Source: Azolla caroliniana (Eukaryota; Plantae; Polypodiophyta). From it: DNA of 64,000 nt. Under the pieces are notes generated by a model that saw only the letters and a program-made list of their open reading frames with translations, was not told the origin of the DNA and did not search any database. Positions 1 to 13,270 of the stretch are shown piece by piece. The translations under genes were made by a program, and so were the position numbers. Location: contig JBHGNT010000020.1 of NCBI GenBank assembly GCA_043228905.1, forward strand, positions 14,260,001 through 14,324,000, given 5' to 3'. Positions within the stretch are counted from its first letter, which is position 1. The number at the start of each line of letters is the position of its first letter.

Positions 1-315
1 AGAGAGAGTGGAAGAGAGAAGTATGATAAGAGGAAGTATATTATATGACGAAGAGTACAAGGATAACTACGAGGCTTAAGACTAACGTTGAACCGAATTG
101 GTGCTAAATAATGCCATGTACCTCTATTTATAGTGTTATCAGGAGTATTCCTGAGGTTTCTAGAATGTTCTAGAGTAATATAGAATATTACATGAATTTT
201 CTATAATAAAATAACAAATGAAAATAATATCTTTTGCATTAGAATGCATAGCTTAATAGTATGACTTTAACCTGTGTAACATAGGGTCACGGGTTCAAAT
301 CCTTTTGGAGCCATA

Positions 316-2960
316 TCATGACAATATCCCCTCCTTTAAATGACGAGTGTTACGAGTCGTCTTTGATTGAGGACTTGGTTTGTTTGGATATTGGCGATGG
401 AAATCCCCAAGAAGAGCTTGAGCATTGGCCACATTCTCTACCAAAGTACAATCGTTTGGACTATATCCTAACCAATCTACAAAATAGTAGAGCTTGTTGC
501 GAACAATCTTGGAATCGAGGATGGTAGCAACTTCGTACTCAGGTCCATCTGCAAGTTCGATCGTGGATGGAGGTGGTGTAATATGATTAGGAATAAAGCT
601 TTCTTGACATGGTTCTAGGAGAGAACTATGATATACTGGATGTATTCGTAATTGCGAAGGTAGATCAAGGCGAACTGTGACATCATTAATTTTTCCATTA
701 ATACAGAAAGGGCCTAACCTTTGATAATCCAATTTGGCGCATGGTCGAGTAGTTTTTATGTGTCGTTGTAATAGCCATACTCGATCTCCAATATCAAAAC
801 AGGATGGAAACCGATGATGATCTGCATAGTCCTTCTGTGTTTGTTGGGCTTGATGTAGGTGGTTAGATAGTTCTGCCAGAATCTTGCGTAGTCGCTCCAA
901 ATGATCTTGTGCACTAGGATTTGTGGGTAATTCATGAGTTTCGAATACACACCAGCGAGGATGATAGCATGTATAAGCATTGAATGGTGTAACCCTAGTA
1001 GAAGAGTAGATAGAATTAGTATAATCAAATTCGGCTAAGTGTAATATATCTTCCCAATCATCTTGTTGATAGCTCAGGAAACACTGAAGATATTGCTCCA
1101 GTGTTTGATTTGTATGTTCTGCTTGTCCATCCGTTTGGGGATGGTAACTGAAGGAGAGGTTGTAAGTGACCTTGAGCATTTTGAAGAGATGCTTCCAAAA
1201 ATTAGATATGAATTGAGGTCCACGATCATTGATGATGTTGTTAGGAAGACCATGGTGCCGAAATACTTCATGCATAACGATACCTGCAGTGTCTTCACTA
1301 GTGAACTCTTTAGTACATGGGCAAGTAATGCACAACTTAATATATTGATCAACCAATGTTAAGATGACATTGCAACCCTTAGAATCCGGAAGATCTGCGA
1401 TAAAATCCAAAGGTTCAATGGATTGCCACGGATTGCTTGGGATCGGTAATGGCTCCAATAAACCATATGGATGATGTCGGGGTATCTTTGCTCTGCAACA
1501 TGTATCACATGTTTGAACATAGTCTTCAACAAATCTTTGCATATGGGGCCACCAAAATGATCTGGTTACTAAATCCAATGTTTTAGTACTACCAAAATAT
1601 CCAATTGTGTATGTATCATGACAATTTTGTACGATTCGAAGGCGAGATGAACCATTGGGAACAAACAAAAGATTTTTAAAGAATACTAATCCATCATGCC
1701 ATTTGAATTGCCGATTATCTGTACCTAGTTGTTGTGATCGTGAATAGGATGCTCGAGTACGATCAATCTATCTAGGATATCTTGAGCAAAGACGCCAGCC
1801 TTCAAATCTTGACGTATTGTATCAATAATGCTGGAATCCAATGGAGTATCAAAAACCAAAGTTGCTTGCAGTCGTGTCGGACCCAGGATTACCTACTTTT
1901 GATTATCAAAGGTTGGATCACTAGGACGAGGTGCTAGATACGAGTGCCGTGATAATGCATCTGCCTTTCCTTGTTGTTTGCCCGGATGATATGTAACCTT
2001 GAAGTCAAAATGAGTGAGAAACTGCGCCCACCGAGCTTTCCGTCTATTTAATGCACGAGCATTCTGGAAATAGGAGAGATTCTTGTGATCACTAAATGTA
2101 GTGACTTGATAAGGAGATCCTTCTAGGAAATGCCTCCATTGTGCAAAAGAGTCCACTATAGCTAATAATTCCTTGTCATGCACCTCATAGTTGGCTTTGG
2201 CAGTGTCAAATTTGCGTGCGTGGAAAGCCACAGGGTGTAGCTTCTTATCATCGCCCTGCTATAACAAAATACCATCGAGTGCGAAATCCGATGCATCGCG
2301 TCAATGATAAATTGTTTTTGTGGATCAACATGAGCTAGAATAGGAGCCGATGTAAATGCTTTCTTGAGATCCACAAAAGCAGTATCTGTTGCATTAGTCC
2401 AAACAAATGATTGCCCCTTCTTTGTGAGTTGTGTGAGGGCAAAACAAGCTTTGAGTAGTCTTGTATAAACTTGTGATAAAAATTTGCGAATCCTAAGAAA
2501 CATTCCACATCTCGCAGCAATCGTGGAGTCTGCCACTCTAACACTGTTTGGACCTTAGCTAATTTGAACCATGGTAACCCCAAGATAATTGGATGCTCTG
2601 GACTACTAATTAATTTTACATGATATTGCACACGCCAAATTATCTAGGACAACACGAACCGGTTCAGACTCTTCTATGATATTTCCAGAAGTAATGGGGT
2701 GACCATCAATGACTACTACAGAAGCTAGGCAAGGAAGCTTTCTTAGGGATATCTGATGAACTTGGGGAATTTTTTTATCCATGAAGCAAGAATTAGCTCT
2801 GGTATCTAAGAGTGTTAAGACATGTACTGGAGGGTTACTTATAGTACTAACTTTTACTTGAGCTAAAAACACCTTGTAACTTTGTTAGAAGGAATGGAAC
2901 CACTAATGGGCTGCACAGATCCAAGGCTGTCCAACCAAACAACTCCTATTTTGTCTGGAC
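316..2960 (-). pseudogene. pol: pol remnant of element A (protease, RNase H, integrase, chromodomain); most of the RT is deleted near 2560
   Basis: ORF pieces 316-1668, 1893-2231, 2335-2631 and 2606-2872 are colinear with the more intact pol at 42349-44667. The sequence jumps from ILGLPWF directly to AKVQTVLEW. Confidence 0.88.
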
Positions 2961-3210
2961 TTAATCTTTTACCTCTTCTTCTAGTTGACTAAGGACTTCA
3001 AATTTGTTTGATAAACTTGGGCTACTAGGATTATCAAACACTCCTAATGAAATAGATTCATGTTTAGTACTAGCGACTACTTGATTTACCTGCCTTTTTG
3101 GTCTATGGGGACAATTTACTGCAATATGCCCTAGTCCACTGCACTATAGACATAGGCGATTTGCTCAACGCCATTGCTTTTCCTCTTTCGACAATGGTCC
3201 ACGATGACGT

Positions 3211-3853
3211 TGTCGTGATGTTGCGTGTCCAATGGGAGAAATTGTGAAATAGTGTGGTTCCACGCACATTACACAATATGAAAATTAGCCTAGGGTCTAA
3301 TGACATTTGAGTGCATATAGAGGGGTGCAAGCAAGATTTGAACTTTGTACCTCCAAGAGGAAAGGAATTTACCTTACCACTAGGGCTACTACCAAGTACT
3401 TTAAATATTATGTATTTCCTTTTAATATTCAAATTACATACGAAACAACCATTCAAAACCGCATGCACAAAAACCATGGTTCCAAGCCCATGGTTTTGTG
3501 CATGCCACAAGAAAAACCATGTGCCCAAAAACCATGAGTCCAAGCCCATGGTTTTGAGCATGTCACAAGCATGGAGAGACCTATAAAAGCCTCTAGCTGG
3601 GCTTGTGTAAGGGGGGCCGCAATATGTGATATCACCATCACCACCATTATCAATATAATACTCTCATTTATCTTTTCTAATTAATCATCTTCTCTCAAGT
3701 GTATCAATTTTCTTAATCTTTTCAAGAATGACATTGTCTTCCGCGACTCAAACCTCCACATTGTTGTCTTTTAAGGTCATCAGACGTTCTCCTCAGTCCG
3801 AGACCCTGGTGGTCCCGCTCAAGTAGCACATGCATGCGAGCATTTTCGCGACA
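3211..3853. mobile_element. Solo LTR (643 bp) inserted in gag of element A
   Basis: Ends TGTCGTGA...TCGCGACA with 4-bp TSD ACGT (3207-3210 / 3854-3857). Removal restores MEINTTRHRGPL, matching gag at 44694-45845. Confidence 0.85.
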
Positions 3854-4415
3854 ACGTGTGGTGTTGATTTCCATTGGTGTTGGCGTATTGTTAGAGATGC
3901 ATTATATGATTCCTTTGCAAAAGGTTTTGCTACGACTGAGGCATATGTGGGCTCCGACCTTGTCCTTGGCATTTGTAATTGACGTTTTGAATGTCGTTCG
4001 AAAAGCTGATTATCTCATCGTACCGCTCGACTGATTGCTTTTGTGAGCGACTTCGGTTCCTCGGGGAAAGTTAGGAGTAAGTCTTTGACATCATTATGTA
4101 GGCCATACTGAAATTGCTCCATCAATGCTTGGTCGTCCAAGGGAATATCGATGGCGTGTGGACAGAAATCCGAAGTATAAGCTAAGGCTAGACAATCACC
4201 TTGACACAATCTTTGGATTTTATTGATTGCCGTCCTAACACTATCAGTATCTCCAAAACATGCTAATAAACTCCTTGAAATTATTTAACAAATGAGATCA
4301 TTTTTCTAACAAAGGGGCAAACCATGATAATGCTGTGCTGCTAAGTAAGGTGCCTACCAATCCCACTTGTGATGTATCAATGGGATATTGAGAAGGATGC
4401 ATTTGAATCACTAGG

Positions 4416-7400
4416 TGTTGAGAGATCAAGCTCAACTTAGTTTAGTTAGTTAGTCAACCATGTAACTTTGTAGTTACCTAGATAGAATCTAGTTAGAAGT
4501 GTTGACTATAACGCCTTAAATAGGACCTTGTACTTAAGTGAGATATTCTAGATCCTCCACTCCTAAGTACATTTAATATAGGACTTACACCTTAGTACCT
4601 ATATTCCACTCACACATGTGCACCTTTGCACATGAGATGTATATATACCTCATTGTGGGTATTTTTGTATTTGATGATGTTTTATAATATACACTCTAGT
4701 TTACTCATCCCCCCTCTTGTGTTTTCATAAGTGTATATCTCTCTCTCTCTCTTCCTCTCACACACATACACACACATATCACTTAAACTTCTGCTTATCA
4801 ACTAATCACATAATTAGGTACTACTTAATCCTTGCTTAATTACTTACCTAATTCTTAACATGGTATTAGAGCGTGTGGTTTAGAAAATCCACTAAGCCCA
4901 CCCGACTCCGTGATTGTGTGTTTGAGACACTGACGACAAAATCTGGCTATCGGCTACCGTAGTGCCGCTACGTAGCACGTGTATGTGATCGAAGGAAGAA
5001 AAGCAAAAGAAGAGAAGACACTACAATCAACATGAACACACAAATGAGTAGCTTGCTCCCTAGTGAAAAGCTAGACCGGAGTAATTATTCATCTTGGGAG
5101 TACAAGATGACCCAATACCTCGTCGACCAAGGGTATTGGAGCTACATCAACAGTGCTCAAGAAAATCGACCCGACTCAAAGAACGCCGACTATGCAACAT
5201 GGGAGCAAGCGGCGAGTAGAGTCATGTATTGCTTGGCAACATGTGACCACGACCACATGCTCAGCCACATTTGAGACGCCAAGATGCCTAAAGAAGCGTG
5301 GGCGAACTTAAAGAAAATGTTCGCCGCCAACATGACCGCTTGAAAGCTTCAACTTCGACAAGAGTTGAACAACATACGACAAAAAGACATGTCCGTGTCG
5401 AACTACACCGCAAATATCAAGAGCATTTGCGACTCACTTGGCTCCATCAAAATAAATGTCGACGAAGACGAGATGGTTCAAGTATGCTTGGGCGGCCTCT
5501 CACAACAATTTGACTCGTTCAGGACAACAATCTTGGCGAGGGAAAACCCTCCTTCATTCTTCGACCTCCAATCAATGTTATTGGTCGAAGAGAACCATGT
5601 ACGAACCAAAAGCAAGACGTCGGAAGGACAAATGTTCTTCTCGAATTCAGACGGTGGCCGAGGAGGAGGTCACGGCGGTAGAAGAGGTCAATTCGACCCA
5701 TCACGTGAAGGGAACTCTAAACTTCACGGAAGCCATCGAGGAACCTTCCGAAGAAGGGGGAGCTTCCACGCCGAACATGGTCGGCAAATGAGGCCCGCAA
5801 CTTGCAATTATTGCGACAAAATCGGCCACTACGAGGCGGAGTGTCGGAAAAAGAGAAGTGAGTCGGTTTCAACAAGTCGACACCTCACAAACTACGCATC
5901 GAACTTCGACCATGACAACTATAGCAGAATGTTCACGAATCATGCGTCGAATTCCGACTACGACGATCGTAGTGAAATGTTTACAAATTACGCCCCAAAT
6001 TCCGACTACGGCGACCGTGGTGGAATGTTCGTAATGAGGCATAGAGCGAACTCTATGATAGACTCCAACTCCGCAAGCACCTCCAACTCGGAAGACGTGT
6101 GGTTCGTCGACTCCAACACCTCACATCACATGACATCTCACGAAGAGTGGTTTCGTGATTTACGAACGCCAGATCGACCCGACTTCATAGAGACGGGAGA
6201 CGACACCACACACCCCATTCAGCACATTGGCAATGTCCCATTCGGGAAAGAAGGAGGCGCCTCACATCACATGACATCTCACGAAGAGTGGTTTCGTGAT
6301 TTACGAACGCCAGATCGACCCGGCTTCATAGAGACGGGAGACGACACCATACACCCCATTCGGCACATCGGCAATGTCCCATTCGGGAAAGAAGGAGAGC
6401 AAACTTGCATCAAGAATGTCTTGCATGTGCCCACGATAACGAAGAATTTGGTCTCTGTTGGCCAAATCGTGGAGCAAGGGGCATGCAAGTCCGCTTCAAC
6501 AAAGAAGGATGCTTCATCGAGAAAGATGGCCGACTCATAGCGAAGGGGCGGAGAGATGGCCGAATGTTCATCCTCGATTCGAATGAGGTGAAATCGCAAT
6601 GTACGCTAAAAGTCTCAAAACCGAGACAAGCATCGAGTTGTGACACAAGAGAATTGGCCACATAAACCTCCAACGGCTTCGAGCGATGCAAACCAAGGGA
6701 GTCGTCATCGGACTTCTGACATTCGAGTCGAAACGAGTTGACTGAGTATGTGAAGCGTGTGAACTCGGCAAACAACATAGACTCCCATTTCCGAAGGAGA
6801 GCTCCGCAAGCAAAGGCCTCCTCGAGGTCATACACTCAGATGTATGGGAACCGGCTCAAACGCCGACGATTGGCTGATGCCGATACTACGTAACCTTCAT
6901 CGACGACTACTCCCGCTACGCGTGGATCTACCCGATGAAGAAGAAAAGCAAAGTGCTCTCCCACTTCGAAAGCTCAAGCATCAGGTCGAAAAAGAAACCG
7001 GTCGGCACATTCAATGCCTATGATTGAATGGAGGCAAGGAGTACTTCTCCGATGAATTCACCTCCTACCTCCAATGTGAAGGCATTTGTAGAGAATTCTC
7101 GTGCCGACACAGCCCCCAACAAAATGGAGTTGCTGAAAGGAAAAATCGGCAAATACTCGAGGTAGCACGCGCCATGATGCATGAGAAGCACATGCCGAAT
7201 TTCAATTGGGCCGAAGCAGCATCCACGACCGTCTATCTCATGAATCGGTGTACCACCAATGGAGTCCGTGAGCTAACTCCATACGAGCTCCTCGTCGGAA
7301 GGAAGCCGATCTTGTCGCACCTCAAGGTGTTCGAAAGCATTGCTAATGTACACATCCCGAACAAACAACGACAGAAGCCCGACGCAAAGTCGGAGGAATG

Positions 7401-9096
7401 TATCCTCATAGGATACTCGTCCAAGAAGAAGGCGTACAAGTGTTACAACCCTTCTACCTGAGCGGTTCGGGTAAGTCGAGACGTAGTCTTCGACGAGTCC
7501 GCATCGTGGTATGCACCAGAGGCAACTTTGACTACGACTCCGGTTGACCCAGAATCCGACGAACAAGAGGTAGAAGATGGAGATCTCTTCGAACACATGT
7601 TCGAAGAAAGTCTGATTACGGCAAAGCCTAGTGGGCCAGAAGAGCTCCCACGCGACCCAAGCCCGTCATGGCCAAGTACGAACTTGGACAAAGGGAAAGG
7701 TAAGATGCCCGAATACGAAGTCGATTACCCCGACGACAGTGATTCGGATGGATCGGCTCCCTCACTTGATAGTGAGTTTGGTGTACCCATCATGCGTACA
7801 CCCGGATTAAAGAAGGCGCTCACATCAGCGAGCGAAAAACTTTGACGCTCATCTAGAGCTAAGAACCCCGTCACTCGACACGGCTACAAGGAGTACATGG
7901 CCCATCATTACGCCTTCGCGATGAAGGTAGCGGGCGAGCAAGAGCCAAAGAGCTCCACCGAAGCGGCTCGTAACCCATGATGGGTGGAAGTAGTCGACCT
8001 TCACCCACACGCTACAAGACTTCGTCACCGGCTTGAGGGGGAGGAACCGAGATTGCCACGGCGAAGAAAGCCGAAGGTCGGACGGAAGCACACGAAGCTG
8101 AGCCAAAGTGGATGTCGGATGCTTCACACTTGAGCTTGAGGGGGCGTGTTGAGAGATCAAGCTCAACTTAGTTTATGTTAGGAAACAGGTCCCTCCGGAT
8201 GGGAAGTTGAGAAGAACCGTGTTGATGAGCAACTCGGCCGAGGCCGAAACCGGAAATCGTGGAGATAGCCAACTCGGAAGGCTAAACTTGTAAATAGTTG
8301 AAAGGTTACATAAGTATATAAGCACTTAGGGCAATCATGTTAGTAGTGTGCGTTATTGAAAAGTTACTGTTGACGAGGTTACTGTGAGAGTGAACGAGTG
8401 TGAGTGGAAGCGTGTGAGCTCCATAGCCGCGTGTTGGCGAAGCAGGATCTCGAGGTCGTTGCCTCTGAGATCTTTAATTGTATTCCTTTCTCTCATAGTG
8501 TTCTATTTCGGAGTTTGTGGACTCCACATGGTTTTTTCCTAGTTCGGATTTCCACGTTAAAATCTGTGTCATTCTCAGTTTCTGTATTCTTTCTGTTTTT
8601 TTTTTCTTTCCATTAGATTGACTATTATTCTGCACACGAGAAACCGGTTGTGGCCGGCAACGTTTTAACTTCAGTTTAGTTAGTTAGTCAACCAAGTAAC
8701 TTCGTAGTTACCTACATAGAATCTAGTTAGAAGTGTTGCCTATAACGCCTTAAATAGGACCTTGTACGTAAGTGGGATATTCTAGATCCTCCACTCCTAA
8801 GTACGTTTAATATAGGAATTACACCTTAGTACCTATATTCTACTCACACATGTGCACCTTTACACATGAGATGTATATATACCTCATTGTGGGTATTTTT
8901 GTATTTGATGATGTTGATGCTAATTTAATATAGTTACTCATCCCCCATCTTGTGTTGTTCATAAGTGTATTTCTCTCTCTCTCTCTCTCCCTCTCACAGA
9001 TATACACACACATATAACTTAATCTTCCGCTTATCAACTAATCACATAATTAGGTACTAATTAACCCTTGCTTAATTACTTACCTAATTCTTAACA
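4416..9096 (+). mobile_element. Ty1/copia element B, non-autonomous (gag-protease-integrase, no RT/RNase H)
   Basis: TSD CTAGG (4411-4415 / 9097-9101). 5' LTR 4416-4860, tRNA-iMet-type PBS TGGTATTAGAGC at 4861, PPT TTGAGGGGGCG before the 3' LTR 8147-9096. Zinc knuckle CNYCDKIGH, protease WFVDS and integrase PQQNGVAERKN are present; no YVDD. Confidence 0.92.
8176..8673 (+). mobile_element. Solo copia LTR inserted in the 3' LTR of element B
   Basis: TG...CA ends with TSD GTTTA (8171-8175 / 8674-8678). Shares CAGGTCCCTCC, AACTCGGCCGAGGCCGAAAC and CGGTTGTGGCCG with the LTRs of element D. Confidence 0.88.
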
Positions 9097-10239
9097 CTAG
9101 GCATACCTGATTAAGGAACCCTCTGAATTGTGATCACGTTCCATCGAATTTCATGGGAAGCCCAAGCTTGGGTTCTTTAGGGATCCCTTGAGTACTCAGT
9201 CCTTGTTGTTGCAATGACACGGTAGTTGCTTCCTGTTTTTGCACGTGTAATGCCAACTCCCCATGCTGTTGTTGCGTTTGCTGTTTTTCTACAGTGATTT
9301 GGTGAAGATCTCCCATCAAATGTTGATTTTCTTTTTCCAATGCTACAAAATTTTCTTTCAAGCACTAAAACTCCGAGAAGACGGATTGGTATTCTTGTGC
9401 ACTAACAATTGTCATTTAGTATTAAAGGAAAGAACGATAAGAAGATTAATATTAGAGGAAGGGAAGATAAGAAGATGGGAAATTTGATTCAAACTGTCAG
9501 GAATAGTACTAGAGACAGAGAGAATTAGTACTAGAGAGGTAGAGAAGAGAGAAAAGACTGTGTGAGGATCATGACAGAGATAGATAGATAAATAGATTAT
9601 ATTATTGTCTTTGGAGGTCAAATATGACCTATGAGACCAAAAATATTACATTTCATGTGATACGTGTGAAAGTGAGTAGCAACTCTCGATGTTCAAGAAC
9701 TTTACCAATGAATGTTATAATCGAGAGTGCACATTGTGGTTGTGAGAGAAATTCGTGCAAAGATTGGGCTCGGTCAAAGAGATGTGGAAAGCATGGTCGA
9801 ATATGATTAAAGGCAGAGCATCGTAGCAAAGTGTGATACTCAGACTCTCGAACTTGTTTAGGGCAAAGTGTGCATATCCGACCACTCTCTTCACTTGTGC
9901 CCCAACGCCCCGTGTCACATCACAATGCATATGAGCTAAGTCGCATGGAAGCAATGGTTCAAATGGTAGATAACAGGATGGGCTCTAACATGTATCAATG
10001 TGTACGGTTTCCCCGTTCCGTGAAGAATATGGTTTTGTAATTAGGTGCAACATGTGTAGTATAATGTGTGAAGCGTGAGCCTCCACATTTGTCCCAGGTC
10101 ATGATACATTGGCGTTGCAAAAATGCCTCATTTACAAAGGAATCTAGTGATGCACCATGAAGCAAGTGTCTTGCATCCCATCTACCAAACCATTTTTCTA
10201 TACCTGGCATCCAACTGGAGCACACAATTTTGCTTTTAT

Positions 10240-12395
10240 GCGTCTTTTGGATCTTTTTGCTTGCTTCCCATGTTGATGGTCGAAGAAAACCACGTGAGTG
10301 GGTCGAAGACCACTCAATCGGACAACCCGATGTTGTACACGGAGGCGGATCAACCCCGTGGGCGTGGAGGACGAGGTGGGTTGGCACGCAATGGATGCGG
10401 CCGGCAAGAGCAGAACCGAAGGCACAGAGACGGTGCCGACAACAGTTCTGGACCCTCCACAAAAAGCAGGGCGAGTCAAGTCGGAGCCGGAAACCGGCGG
10501 TCGAAAGCCGACACGGAATGCTGGTACTGTGGCAAGAAAGGCCATAGAGAGAGTGAGTGTTGGAAGAAGCGTGTTGATTCGGATAAATCCGGATCTGGCA
10601 AGGCCAGACAAGGGAACCAACAAAGCTCGCACTACGCAGAAGGATCAGAAGGATCTGGAACCGGGAAGACCGGAAAAGGGCCAGTCTTCGTGATGAAGCA
10701 GAAGGTGACCTCGATGAAGATAACCACTTCCGGATCAGAGGAAGTATTGTATGTTGATTCCGAAGCGTCAAACCACATGACGAGCCACAAAGAGTGGTTC
10801 TCATTTTTGGAGAAACCGGAACAACCGGGAATCATCGAAACCGGAGACGAACCCCCTCACCCGATTATGCATGTCAGAGAAGTCCCTTTAAGCCATGTTG
10901 GACAAAAGGGAAAACTGATGAATGTACTACACGTTCCGACAATCACAAAGAACTTGGTGTCGGTCGGACAAATTGTCGACCAGGGAATGCAGGTGTGGTC
11001 TATGCACCTCAGATGCATCATCAAGGAAGAAGGCCGAATAATCGCGCAAGGGCGCAGAGACAGGAGGATGTTCATCCTCAACACAATTGACGTTGGCATC
11101 GCCATGTTTGCCAAAGGACAAAAGATTGAATCAGACATTGATCTCTGGCATAAGCGGATCAACCACATCAACTATCGGAGGCTTCAAGATTTGCAATCGA
11201 AACAAGTTGTGTTTGGATTGCCGAAGTTTAGTGGTCGGAAGGCCCAAATATGTGAAGCCTGCCAACTCGGGAAGCAACACCGTCTTCCATTCCCCACCGA
11301 ACGAAACCGGAGTCGTAACAAGCTCCATCTAATCCATTCAGATGTATGGGGACCGGCACAGAATGTTACTCTTGGCGGGAGTCGGTATTTCGTTTCCTTC
11401 ATCGACAACTAAAGCTGGCACACGTGGATCTACCTCGTCGAGAAGAAAAGCAAAGTCTTCGACTATTTTCGGAACCTTCAAAGCTTAGTCAAAAGGGAAA
11501 TGGAGAGGAAGATAAAGTGCCTACGCTCGAATGGCGGAAAAGAATACTTTTCTGGCCAATTCAACAATTATTTGTGACAAAAAGGAATTTGTATTGAATT
11601 CAGCTGCTGATATACACTGGAACAAAACGACGTGGCCGAAAGAAAGAACTAGTTGATTGTCGACGCGGCAAGGGCAATGTTGGAGGAGAAAAGCATGCCC
11701 AAATTCTACTGGGCTGAGGCGGTCCAGACGGCCGTCTACATCCCAAACCGGATCGGGGACGAGGTGTTAGCACATGAGTTGTATTTCAAATGGAAACCGA
11801 ATTTGAGACACGTTCAGATATTTGGTAGCATAACATATGTGCATGTAACGGATGAGAAGCGGAGGAAGCTGGATCCGAAATCGGAGAAGTGCATACTCGT
11901 CGGTTACTCGCATGAACAAAAGGGGTATAAGTGTTATAACTCCTGGACTAAATAGGTACGAGTAAGTCGAGATGTCGAGTTTGATGAGTCGGCATCATGG
12001 TACTCCCTACCGACTCCAACTCCCGACGAAGACCCGATTCCGGAGGATGAGGCTACTGAACCCGGTGAGGTTCAAGAAGAAGACAAAGGATTCGGTGCTC
12101 TAGATGAGAGTCCGATCTCATTCCGCCTAAGTGGACCGAATGAGCGGTTGAGTTTAGGATGACCAGTCGGATAAAGAACCAACAAGTAGTGGAGACTCTG
12201 CCGTGCTCTCCTCGCGCAAGGAACCAAGGAGACAGTTCACGCGCAAAGAGAAGGGGAAGAAGAAGATGTCGGAATACGATACCGACAGTGAAGGGTCAGA
12301 TCGGAGCGAATTTGACCCCGTAAAGGAAAAAGGCGGATCTTTAGAAAGGAAGTCCGAACTGGCCAAGAAGGGCCTCCAATCGGCTAACGAAAAGT
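10240..12395 (+). pseudogene. Copia gag-end/protease/integrase fragment related to element B; no LTRs identified
   Basis: MLMVEENHV, CWYCGKKGH, ASNHMT, GAG-pre-integrase (LWHKR..H...CEACQLGKQHR), HSDVWGP and FYWAEAV. Several stops. Boundaries approximate. Confidence 0.82.
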
Positions 12396-13270
12396 TTTCG
12401 GACTATTCTGCCGACGCCAACGACACAATTCGTCTAGGCAAGGGCAGGGGTGTAGAATTGCAGTGACCAAAGAGGTTCCCATTTGATTGCCAAATGGCAA
12501 GACAATATCCCTGCACTAAGTTCGGCATATTTGAAAAGGAGTCTGGTCTCCATCGGCATGCTAGCCAAAGACGGGTACAAAACGACTCTAAGTGAGTCGG
12601 TATGGATGATCAACCGAGGAAACCTGAAGATAGGAGGCGGGCACAAGTACAACCTGTACCCGCTAATGGCGATCAATCTAGAAGGGGTTGTGAACGTAGC
12701 CAAAAAGACCGACCCAAACTTATGGCATGACCAACTCGGTCACATGTCTCAAGGCGGACTTGATCGGTTGATGGCGGTAGGCTACATCCCGAAACTTCAA
12801 GCAAAGACAGACTTCTATGAGCATTATCGATATGGGAAACAAACCCGAAGTCCACACTCTCTCCACTACGAGATGGCACGACAACCCCTAGAGCTTGTGC
12901 ACACAAATATATGTGGGCCCATGCCAAAGCGATCACTAGGAGGCTCCCAATACTTCATCACATTTGTTGATGATTCGTACACGGAAGGTTTGGGCCTACT
13001 CCATCAAGTCCAAAGACGAAGAGCTCGAGGTCTTCACTCGATGCATATCTAAAGTGGAGAACTGGTCGAGACACAAGGTGAAGACACTCCGATCCAACAA
13101 CGAAGGCGAATATACCTCTAGAGCCTTCAAGCAGTGCATGTCCAACAAAGGGATCCGACATCAAAAGATCATTCCTTACACACCCATGCAAAATGGATCG
13201 ACTGAATGATTTAGGAGAGGGTGACGACAATGCTCCAACAAGCCGAACTAAAGCTAGAGTTTTGGACCAA
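12396..13270 (+). pseudogene. Copia protease-integrase fragment of the element E family
   Basis: Closely resembles 50455-51300 at nucleotide and protein level (SLVSIGML..DGY, NLWH.QLGHMSQ, ICGPMP). Joined abruptly to the preceding fragment. Confidence 0.8.

Larger units (their letters stand above)
1..9570 (-). mobile_element. Degenerate chromovirus-type Ty3/gypsy element A (Tcn1-like), host to two later insertions; 3' LTR runs off the window start, 5' LTR is truncated
   Basis: LTR ends at ...CATGACA (323). Fragmented pol 316-2960 has RNase H (NYEVHDKELLAIV), integrase (HPQTDGQAE) and a C-terminal chromodomain (EYEVATILDSK..Y.VDWLGY). Gag pieces lie at about 2962-3210, 3854-4415 and 9097-9415. 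The 5' LTR starts TGTCAGGAA at 9495; its right end is unclear. Confidence 0.88.
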
